Below, one piece after another: positions 1 to 11,100 of a DNA stretch of 64,000 nt. The stretch covers positions 126,923 to 190,922 of the forward strand of contig RBZT01000419.1 of assembly GCA_003693705.1 (NCBI GenBank). Direction: 5' to 3'. Every line of letters starts with the position of its first letter. Position 1 is the first letter of the stretch. This DNA is from Polymyxa betae A26-41 (lineage: Eukaryota; Protista; Endomyxa: Phytomyxea). A program made the translations under genes and the position numbers. The notes under the pieces were generated by a model that did not search any database, was not told where the DNA came from, and was given only the letters and a program-made list of their open reading frames with translations.

Positions 1-310
1 AATTTGATTATTGATTGCCGACAGGTCCATCGAAAGTAATACTGCTGATTTTGTTAACAATTTTTTTCAATGAACATGACTCAACATTTTAAGCTAGAAA
101 ACAGAACAACCTGCTCGCAGTGCATCGAAAATTTGCAATTTTTGCAGGGATTTCACCGTATTTATACTCATCAGTCATAACTACAATCTTTGGTTCTGCA
201 ACATGGAATAGCATAAAAACTGCAAAAGTGCAATTAAAAGGTGCGTGCTGCAACATGGTAATATAACGAGTCAGTTTATACTGTAATTTCATTTTTTATT
301 ATTTCTGAAC

Positions 311-781
311 ATGGGTCTCTCTGCCACCAGCCCGACATTGTCTCCGCAAGACGGCTGCTTCTACACACATGTTGAACAGCGTGCTTGTGAACCTGACGAG
401 CATGGCCGAATGCGTTGTCGTCAAGTCAGGAAGATCCTGAGGAAATGCCCCGGATTCCCGATCGAGGAACTAGAAAGCGATCCGCATGTAGGAGTGCTGC
501 GATCGTCTCCCGAAGTTCGAACGGAGCTTGACCTTTTCGATACTATGCGACAAATGATCGATATGTTTGACGATGACAGCATTTCATCACATCCATTTTA
601 TTCTGGAGAGCCAAATCAAAGAAGTCCCGAGCATCAAACGAGGTCTCCATTTGACCTATTTGGGCGCCACAGATTTAATAACTCGCCAGGTTCCCAAGAT
701 CCAAATGTTTTTCATGAAAGGCGTCCTCCTCAACAATGGAGGACTTACAGCGAATATCAGTCACAGACTCACGAAATTTAA
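311..781 (+). CDS. Fra a 1 / Mal d 1-associated protein (FaAP/MdAP)-like small Cys protein, intronless
   Basis: 156-aa ORF with four Cys (C-x9-C-x9-C-x9-C) ending ILRKCPGFPIEELES. This resembles the plant MdAP/FaAP core as recalled (C..C..CEKTEEILRNCVGRPxEVLQS), followed by an F/D-rich helix and a disordered tail. Confidence 0.55.
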   Translation: MGLSATSPTLSPQDGCFYTHVEQRACEPDEHGRMRCRQVRKILRKCPGFPIEELESDPHVGVLRSSPEVRTELDLFDTMRQMIDMFDDDSISSHPFYSGEPNQRSPEHQTRSPFDLFGRHRFNNSPGSQDPNVFHERRPPQQWRTYSEYQSQTHEI

Positions 782-975
782 TTTCTAAATTTATTTTTAG
801 CCCGTTTTCTCACATATTGATCATTTTTCATATGATGTCGACCAGCAGAGAGGATTTTCGAATGTTTCAATTTTCAGATTTTATCCTTGCTACGAATTGG
901 CGGGGCACATTCAACTGTACCACACGACCCTTTTGATTTAATGCTAGATTCGTCTCGCTTGACAGCTTAATCTGA

Positions 976-2473
976 ATGTTGCAGACCCCGGATGGCGACG
1001 GTCGCCAAAGCCATCCGGTGCCGTCTAAACGATATAAATATTTTGTTCACAAAACGAAGCATGGTTCGATGCCTGACATATGGACGAAACCGGTTGTTCA
1101 TAGAGCAGATCGGGTCTCCCTTCCCGATGATCCACAGCTGAGGCGTCTGCAAATTATAGTGCGATTTCAGAGCATCGCTCTCACTCTTCAACGGCATCAT
1201 TGTCAAAACGGCAGCGATCAGCCGCCATTGCAATTAATGACCGCATTGATGCAGAAAATTCAGGTCCAACGTGATAACATACGACTAAATAGCTATCATT
1301 GGGCCAGGAATTTTCGCTTCGCATTGTTCAAATGCATGAACGATTCGAAATCTTCGAGACTGGCAGCTTTCCTCAACATAATAGTTTCTGCAGCAACGTA
1401 TGCTGATATGATAGTTCCATATTTTTGTAAATTTAAAGCTTTTATATTTTAGGTTGATTTCAGTATCTGTAACTTGTGCTGAAACAGCGATGAACTCAAA
1501 GGATGGACTTCTGCTCGCTGAATTAATCTGCACATTGGTGTTCACTTGTGAATTCCTAGCAAGATTTCTCGCCTGTGCAACATTCAGAGAATTCTTAACC
1601 TGGCTGACGTTTATCGATGTCATCACTATTGGGCCATCATATATCGAATTCCTTTTGCCGCTTTTGGTGAGCAAAGCGTATATTTAGTATTATCTGTTTC
1701 AGCTAAGTTGTCAATGCAGATAAAAGACAATCAGATCGTGACATCAGCAGAGTTTCGAGTATTACGTGCCGTTCGAGTCTTAAGGATTCTTAAGATCGCT
1801 CGCCATTTAAGCTGGGTCCCAATGGTAAAAGAAGTGTTCCATGAGTCCTGGTTACCATTGGCTATGATGGGCTTCATCGTTGGTATCATCCTAGTGGTAC
1901 TTTCTAGCATAATGTATTTTATCGAAAAAGATACTCCTGATAGGTGATGGTGCACATTGATTTATTTACTTTGTTTTTAATGATCGCATCTAGTTTGTTC
2001 ATCAGTATTCCGACATCAATGTACTGGTGTATGATAACCTTAACGACAGTTGGTTATGGAGACATTGTACCTGTAACGCTGTTAGGGAAATTTTTTGCTG
2101 CCTGCACCAGTATTATTGGTATTTTGCTGCTCGCCATTCCCATATCCATTGTCTCCGACTCATTCTCAACATTATATTCAAGAAGACAGGATTTATGCGC
2201 TTTTGTCGAGACGTAAGGAACTCCCATCTCATGTTGTCAATTTGGTTCAGTCTATTCAGATATCGGAGGAGGAACGAGTCTGTCCAAAGACACATTTCTC
2301 ACGAAGATAGGCTAGAATGGGTTATCCATATCGCTCATGAGATGACATCGTTCTCTGTCATCCACAAAATGAATCAGCAGATGCAACTAGATGATGTCGA
2401 CGCCGACATCAGCATCCGGAAATTCTTTGCTAAATCTTTGGCCGAGGATGGCGATTTGGTTGTTACCAGATAA
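976..2473 (+). CDS. Voltage-gated K+ channel (6TM Kv-type), multi-exon
   Basis: S4 FRVLRAVRVLRILKIARH; pore SIPTSMYWCMITLTTVGYGDIVP; S6 LAIPISIV. Exons are joined by GT-AG introns. Start is uncertain. Confidence 0.93.
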
Positions 2474-2670
2474 GGCCATCAGCGTAGGAGTCTTTGCTGT
2501 CAGAAATTTAACGATCTGCTGGCCAGCAATTTAGTATTGCATAGCCGTAATACATAAACAGGGTTGCGCTCCTCAGTGTAGGGACCTTAATGTTAACAAA
2601 CTAAGATCATTTCGAAACTGTCTTAACAACAAACTAGTCGGCCGTTGCTGGGAAGTGCAGACGGCGGCGG

Positions 2671-5372
2671 ATGAGTGGCAATGGATCGACGTTCAAAGTA
2701 GCGCTCGAACCTTGCGATGATATCCTTATGTCAATGGATTCGCCAAATCATATGTCGGCAAAAGCCGGAGATATCGGCGCTTTCGGCGAGCCATCATCGG
2801 ATGTCAAAATGTCACAGATGTCTTCTGATGATGATCGGGATCAGTGGTGGGAAGTCCACGATTGGGACGGTGGTCATGAATCTGTGAAATTGCTGAGGGG
2901 TGAAGTGGCTGTCATGCGGGTTGACAATGTCCATCTCATTCTGGATTCCTCTTTGCCATTGCTAATGGCTCCGTCTGGGACTTTTGAAATGACAACGTAC
3001 CGCCTTCGCTTTCTGCCTAAAGACAAGCACTGCGAAGTTGGTAGAATTCTTTCAGATTTCCCTTATATTTTTGCTGGTTGTGACCATCAAATGAAGTGGA
3101 TTATGTTGAACTTTGCCGCTTTTAGGCCAGTGGAGTTTCTGCTGCGTTATGCTCCGCTCCTCTTGCGATGGTTGAACGTATTGAAAAGATTGAAGGCAGA
3201 TGGGACCGTTCAAATTCAATTGAAATTCACACGAGAGATTACAGATTCTTGAGGTATAACCTTTAAGAAGTAATTGCGTTTTAATGAAGTTTTTGTTAGG
3301 CTCGAATTTCCGCGGGGCGAATCGATGCTCGAGAGGGCATATCAGTGTCTGGTAGGATACGTTTTTCCACAAAAGATCGATTTCGTAAGCTACAGTCTGG
3401 AATGGGCGGGTGTTTTGGACTTAAAGCTAGATAGCTGTTTGGATTTTTCTATTGCAGCCGCAAAACGTCATCAATTCCGTCGCACTTGGACGGATGGGCT
3501 CTGGTTTGTTGTTATACTTGTCAGTTTGGTAAATTTAATCTTCTAGCAGTACGATGGCTTAAAGGAACTTCTTCGACTTGGGATACCATCCGAGTTACTT
3601 CGAATTACTTCTGTTAACAAACAATTCGGTTTGAACGTTTTTCTTCTGAAAGTTGTTCTTAATCTCGTTATATTCAGAAGTCTGTGATTCATATCCGAGT
3701 CTGGTTGCAGTCCCAGCTTTCGTTTCAGATTTTGATATTAAGAAAGGTGCATTTGTTTTTTATGCTTTACAAGTTCAGCTCAACAATTACATGCAGTTGC
3801 TGCTTTTCGCAAAAGGGGAAGGTTTCCTATTCTCTCTTGGAAGCATCCCACAAGTAACGCCTCAATATGGCGATGTAGGTATGAACAATACACAGTCGGT
3901 TCCTCAGTACTGCTCAACTTTTTTCAGTCAGCCTAGGGTTGGCTGGAATCAGTCACGGTCTTCGTACGATGAAGGGTAAGTGTAAGCAAAACACTTTATT
4001 AACCTTGCCCTAACTTCATGTCGAGCTAGAATGTTAAGTGCGATTTTACGAACCAATCCGGGGCAAGAAAGCCTCCCCATTTTTGACTGCAGGCCAAAAA
4101 TGAACGCTGTCGGAAATAAATTGGCTGGGGCCGGTTTCGAGTTATCAGAATTTTATCCAGATTGTATTACAATAGCGTTGTCCTATTTTTGACTCTAAAA
4201 ATGGTTAGGCTCCCTTACCTTTTTGAATATACAAAACATCCACTCCGTTCGAGATAGTGCTCAGAAGCTCGCCAAACTTTGCCGTTATGAAGGAACTGCA
4301 AGCAGTATGAATACGTCTCAGTTCATGAGTCGATTGGATGCATCGGCCTGGCTATCACATCAATCAGATTTAGTTCGTGCCGTCCTAGCCGGAGTCCAAT
4401 GTTTAAACGAGTATGCCTTTTCGATATTGACACCAGTTGTCTAATTGCCCGAAGCCATCAGCAAACGGTTTTGATTCATTGCTCTGACGGTTGGGATCGG
4501 ACAACACAGATAAGCTCATTGATCATGCTTTGCCTCGATCCTTTTTATCGCACCTACGAAGGGTTTATGATTTTGATCGAAAAGGAATGGCTTGCATGTG
4601 GACATAAATTCGCAGAACGGATCGGGATGGATGCAGATCACTCAAATTCGCAGCGCGCTCCTGTCTTTCTCCAATTTATTGAGACGACTTGGTAAAATTA
4701 GAGATCAATTTGCTTCTATTATTCTGATAACCGAATAATAGGCAACTATGTGTACAATTTCCTACAGAGTTTGAATTCAACACGAAGTATCTTTTGAGCT
4801 TAATGGATCACGTATGGTCCGGGAGATTCGGAACATTTTTTTGCAATTCTATTCGAGAGAGAATACAGTGCTGTTTGCGACAGCGAACCGTTTCTCTATG
4901 GACGTATATGCGTTCTCCAGAGTCTCGAATGTTATTCACAAACCCGCTTTATGAGGGCGCCGACCATGTGATTTATCCCAGTGCCAGTACATCCAAAATA
5001 AGGCTGTGGGAAGAGTTCTGGTTACGATCTGGCTTAGTTGAATATCCTAGGCCTCTTCGGCTGGACGCATTGCCGCCAAGAGCAGCACATCCTGTTTCGA
5101 CATCCACCGAGATGTTGTATCAGTCCACGATATGGAGGTTAAAACAACAAATTCAACATCTGAACCAGATTTGCAAAGACTTGCGTTCTGATACAGAGAC
5201 CGTTGTCGATGATAATGTTGAGGATATATGTGAACAAGCCGATGACAGTGGCTCTCAGCAAACGCAAACCAGACTAGAGCGAGAGATACCCCAATTGGAT
5301 CGTTTTAATGCGAAAAATACCATGATAGATTTAAGACAACCTTCTATTAATGCACCCATACAAGAAATTTAA
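2671..5372 (+). CDS. Myotubularin-related phosphoinositide 3-phosphatase (PH-GRAM + catalytic domain + coiled coil)
   Basis: Intact catalytic motif [10 protein letters not shown], plus [35 protein letters not shown] and IWRCSQPRVG across spliced exons. Confidence 0.95.
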
Positions 5373-5452
5373 CTTTATCTTTATAGTGTAACAATCAAAT
5401 ATACTGAGATAGCCCCTTACTTATACAGTTATAATAAACGCCTTGAATGATA

Positions 5453-7299
5453 TTAAGATGAAGGTATCGGAGCAGCAAATTTCGCTTTGAGCTCATCAAG
5501 ACCGGCAGCTGTTGATTGTGACAGCTTTTGGAATGCCAATGCCATAACCAGCAAGCCTCGTGCGCGCTGTCGCCTCAACTCGATAGAAACGGACGAATCG
5601 GAAAAAATTTTCTCGCAAACCGCCCTCAAAGTCGCCTCAACATCCAGAACGGTAACATTCCAACTAATGAATTTAGATAAATTATGTGCCAACAACAACG
5701 ATTGCTTATGGTACATTGTCTCAAGAACGGCGTCAACATTGCCAACAGGAAATGGCACTGATTCAGTTTCTAGTTCAGGAACCTGGCCATTTGATGCTAA
5801 TTCCGCTTCGATGTGCTTCCTTTTCTTCTCCTCCTTTTCCTGAGCCTTTTTGGCCGCCTAAACTAAACGTTAGCAACAGCGACCTTGAAAGGAAGAGGAT
5901 AATGCCTTGTACGCTTTTGCAGCAGAGCTTAACAATCGGAATTTGGTAGCAATAACATGAGCAGACTTTTTGATCCGATTAACACCCATCCCAGCAGAAA
6001 CGTTGTGATGGAATCCCAGAAAATTCAAAGCTTGTTCTTCATAGACGTACCCTAAAACCCCTAATCTATAATAAGTTCTATAATGAATATCCTTCTAAAG
6101 AGATTACCAAGTAGAGTACCACCAAATGCAGAATTAGAAAGCTCCTTCGCCTCGACCTCAATCGCAGTTTGAAAGGCAATATGATCATCGCTTGTATCAG
6201 AGATGAACGCTTCTAGCTTGGCAGACAAATTCAACGCGCATTGGACTTCGCGTCGAAGCTGTCGATCTTTCGATTGAGCTTGGCCAAACGCACGCTCTAG
6301 CACTTCCTCTTGCTCATCTTCGTTAGCTTCGGGGTTTACAGTGTTAAGCACATTTTGCATTTGCATCACACGCAACTCTCCAATATACTCCTCGAATCGC
6401 TGAGATCCAAATACCAGCTCGAACAGCTGAGCGCTATCAAGCAGATTCTGCTGTTCCACACCAGCTTTACCGTTGAGATCATATGAGGCGCGAAGACTTT
6501 CATCGGAGAGAATTTGGTAGGCTGCACCTAATTTCTGAAACTTTTCAGAGGCTTTCTCGTCATCGGGATTCTTATCAGGGTGCAACTGAATAGCCTTCAA
6601 ACGGTAGGCTTTCTTTATGTCTTGCTGAGATGCATTCGGAGGTACACTCAGTTCATCATACAGTGAAGTATCAACAACAGTTCGAGATGTGGTAACATCA
6701 GGGTTGTGGTTCTGCAGAACCCGGGCAGCTTCTTCAGGTAGACTATAATAATACCATTCTCGTGATTCAGGATTCCAAACTTGATCACGCATGCCGCTTT
6801 TTATGGCGTTTGGTGTTTCATAAATCCCCCTTCCAACTTGGAACACACCGGTTGCTGCACCAGCTACAGTCAGAGCGACACCGCTTACAGCACCAGCCAA
6901 CAAGCCTATAATAATGTTGGAATAATCGGTTTAGACCGGATAGAAAGTGTTCACCTTTGGAAAACCCCTTAACACCATCCTCTTTAGCACCTTGGATGGG
7001 CAAAGCAACCATTGCAGCGAGACCTCCGGCTAAACCCTGATACAGCAGCATTACAAATGATATCAGTCTCGAATCTGATAAACAGGTACCCGCCCAATGT
7101 TTTTCAGTCCGCTTGATAAACCAGCAATAGCATGCTTGGGTCGCCTGACCGAGAACAAATCGAATTTCTCTGCTGGCTCACCCTGCTGATTGCCAGAGCC
7201 AGTAGTGGGGACTAAGCTATTGGCTTGGGACGGTTCCGGATGGCAATCAAGCTGAACGGCGGGCCCTGACGCCGGCGATGGATGCGAAGGGGCCGCCAT
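5453..7299 (-). CDS. DnaJ/Hsp40 co-chaperone with C-terminal DnaJ-X domain
   Basis: J domain IKKAYRLKAIQLHPDKNPD...FQKLGAAYQILSD; FGSQRFEEYIGEL; X-domain LDVEATLRAVCEKIFSD..RRQRARGL. An alternative start at 7356 is possible. Confidence 0.9.
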
Positions 7300-7622
7300 G
7301 TGAGATTTCTGGGAACGCTTTTTTAATGAAAAGAAGCGCAGTGAAGGACGGGACATGTAACAGATAGATAAATATGATGGATAGATTGCAGGTCAGCGAG
7401 TAATTTCTGGCCTTTCTAATCAATTATTTCTGATTGTGATTCAATAAATAACGGCCAGATTAGAACTTGAAGATTAGTTTATGAAATGATGGGTCTGACT
7501 CTGTCGGGTCTAACTAACAACCACGGTCCCTTGGTCGGGCTCTTTCTCCGCACTTCTTTTTCAAACAATCTTGCTTCAAGACAGCTATTTAGTTCTTATA
7601 TTGATTATTTGCAATGTCAAGA

Positions 7623-7693
7623 TCGTATTGAGATGCGCGTCTGTTGGTGAATCATGCTCGTATTGAGATGTGTTCTTTTTGGCGAATCATGCT
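7623..7693. repeat. Imperfect 35-bp direct tandem duplication in the divergent intergenic region
   Basis: TCGTATTGAGATGCGCGTCTGTTGGTGAATCATGC followed by TCGTATTGAGATGTGTTCTTTTTGGCGAATCATGC. Confidence 0.8.
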
Positions 7694-8156
7694 GCCAAGG
7701 TCTCATGTAAAATATGAATTGTCACTTTACGCTATTATGCTAAAGTTATTCATTAATAATGATTCATGGAGTTAGTCGTGATATCCGTTTCTGTCAACGT
7801 CAATAAAATGTGACTTCATCTTCTTCTTTCTCGTTGTACAAAGTGATAAACACTGACCTTGCCTTACGAATCGAAGATCAGGTAATTGATGAGTTCGGTT
7901 TAGATTGTCTACATTCTTCGTTCTTAGTAGCGGTTTGACTCTGTCTCTCAGCAAGGATGGCCTTGCGGGCGAATAGCTAGACATTCCCCAAAATTGATGG
8001 TTGGATCAGGAATGGTACCTGTTAGTGAACTATTACGTTGTAATACTTACCATATTGACAGAACGATTGTCCATCTGTAAGCTCATTCTTTACATGCAAT
8101 TCACATAGAAGTAACAACTACTGACCATATTTGAAACCATACCCATTCTGCGACAA

Positions 8157-11100
8157 ATGGATGATCACCGTCCAAATTCAAAGAGATCGAGCAGCAGCCG
8201 GTATAAAGTTGATCAAGGTCCAAATTGCTGGGCCATCTGTCACCCCATACATGATTGCTGATATTGCTGTTTATAGCATCATCATCAAGTGCTACACAAC
8301 ATGATGGTGATTTAGGTGGTAGTGATGGTAATGAACCTGTTATAATGATACCACAACCTGATGAGAGTATCTCTGATACTGATAATGTAAGTCCAACTGA
8401 TAACATTCGATTAAAGACAGTCTCAATATTGTATTAGTCGAGCAAGAGAGCACCAGGCTCTGGTAATAGACAGCAAATTTTAAGTCGTTCTAGCAGTGAT
8501 GGAGATCTCCTTCATGACTTACCTAATCGTCCCGATACAAATGATGATTCACCAATGCCAAAACGCAAGAAGCCCAAGGTTATTGAACTATCTGTTTGTT
8601 TATGTAACCAGACACCTAGAACATATTTTGTAGGGAGCTACAACTGAGCTATCTAAGAAGGAGCTGGCTTTGAGAAAGAAGAAAAGCAAGAAGAATCCCC
8701 AGATTCAACGTCGTGATTCACTTGATCTATTAGATCCTGAGGTTGATGTTATACCTGGTATGACAGAAGCTGAAGCTACTGCTAATAGATCTGGAGGTAT
8801 TACTATCATCTGTAACATGATATATATGTAGTAATATGTTACATTAGATTGGGTTATTGACCCAGATTCACCATTTGTTACATATTGGTTAGCAATCGTC
8901 TATATCATTACTGTCTATAATGTCGTTGTTATTCCCTTCCGAATGTCATTCGGGTCAGTACGCTTCCGAGTAGTTTCGAGCAAATGCCAATTTTGTGTGG
9001 CAGATTGTTGAATAATACCATCGGATTCTGGTTCTTATTCGATTTATTCACGGATCTGTTCTTTCTTGCTGATATCTACATCCATCATCATCTAGGTGTC
9101 TATGTTAAAGGCAGGAAAGTTCTTAATCTGAAGACCATTGCTGCACGATATCGATCTAGTTGGGGCCTGCCCATTGATATATGTGCTTCAATGCCCTTGG
9201 ATCTTATTCAGGTTCTCAATTATATGAGCATCTCCGTCAGATCTTTGTACTAACATATACTCCCTCGATTATTACAGATTCCAGCACGACAAATATTACC
9301 AGCAGCTAGATTACCACGATTACTTCGAGCTATTCACATTTTGGGTCTGTTGCCAAGCTGATATTTTTCGCTTTTTTGTCTGTTACAAATTTCGGATCGC
9401 ACTTCTAATATTATTACGTTGCATGGAAAGGCGCTGATTGTACAATCTGTCGTTACAGAAGTAATTAATTCGATTGAGAATCAGCCCGGTGTTAATATCG
9501 TTTATGTTCGACTGATAAAACTGGCCATGTTCACTATGTTCATTAATCATTTCGCTGCCTGTGCTTGGTATGCTTCAGGTCAGATCTCAGCTATTCACTA
9601 TAATAGTGATATTCGGGACTAAAATTCTACCACATCTCTTTAGGATATGGACTGGGATCTTTTGGATCCTGGATGTTATCAAAATCAATCCAGGATTTGA
9701 CTACAATTCAGCAATATATTCGTGCTGTATATTGGGCTATGACTCAGATGATAGGCCGTGGCATTGCTTACCCACTAGCACAAACTGAATATGAGGTATC
9801 AAACACATAATTATCACAATAATGTCTTCCTGCCTTGTTTCGGGGTTGTTTAGGTTTTAGGGTTTTCGGGTCCGATTTATATAGAAATTGACTCATATAT
9901 GTTGATTTAGTCGTTCCTGGTTTTATTCTACATCATAATATCAGCTCTATTTTATATATATGTTATGGCTGTAGCCATATCATTAGTTGAGAGCTCCAAT
10001 ACAGTCCAATCTGGATTTCAGGTGACGCTCAAATCATTAGGTTTACAAATAGCCATTAACTGCTTGTTTATCGTGTAGACCCATGTCCGATACATCATGA
10101 CATTTCTACGTGATCAGGGTCTGCCTACCCAACTACAACAAGCTCTTCAGGAATATTTCTCTTATGTTTGGCAATCGCAGCGTGGTAATGATGCCCGCGC
10201 CGTCATGCAACTATTACCATCATCGATATCTCAGGATATTCAGGTGATATTGGATGGCAGGCTGGTGATATCTTATAACTAATGCTCGTAGATGTTCTTG
10301 GTTAAGGGGATTGTTATACGATGTCGAATGTTTAGCCAGATAGATCAATCTGCTCTAATTGCTGTTGTTAATATGTTAATACCACGTGTATGTGCACCTG
10401 GTGAATATATTGTACATGCAGGTCACTAATCTTATTACTGCTCTTCTACTTCTATCTGTTAATACTCATGTCTATTTTTTAGGGATTCTGCAAGCATCCA
10501 TGTTCTTTATTCAACAAGGAGAGCTGGAAGTATTAAGTACTAAATATAGAAAATCTGGAGAGCCAAGTATTGAGCAGGTACCTATTTGATGACATCGTAA
10601 ACCCTAACTGATCTTATATAGGTGATTAGTTCATTAGTAACAGGTGATGCATTTGGTGAGATGCAAGTGTTTCTTGAGATTCCAGCACCAACATCAATAC
10701 GTGCCAAGACGTTCTGTCAGCTGTATGAATTCAATCGAGATCATCTTAAGACCTTAATCGATGTATATCCTGCTGATGCTCAACTACGTATGTTTATATA
10801 TACAGGGAGCAGTACTCCCCATCTCATTTTATCTAACTGTCAATTACAGTTGTCAAGACGGCCAAGCAGATGCGAAATCTAACTGATGACGACGAAAGTA
10901 CACATCCGACTGCCAGCGTGACAACCGTTAAGAAACAGACTCCTACCACACCGACTAGCGCCGGTGTATGTTAATTCATGCTATTAAAACACATATCTAA
11001 CTGGTATATTAGGCAGGACGTAAAGATGATGGAACTATGGCTGGTACACCTGTATGGGCACATGACGATAATAGTGCTGTTAAAGATGATGACGATGATC

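Noticed and set aside
7772-7984. 70-aa minus-strand ORF and nearby spliceable fragments upstream of the channel gene
   Set aside because: No recognisable motif and no consistent gene model; may be UTR or promoter sequence.
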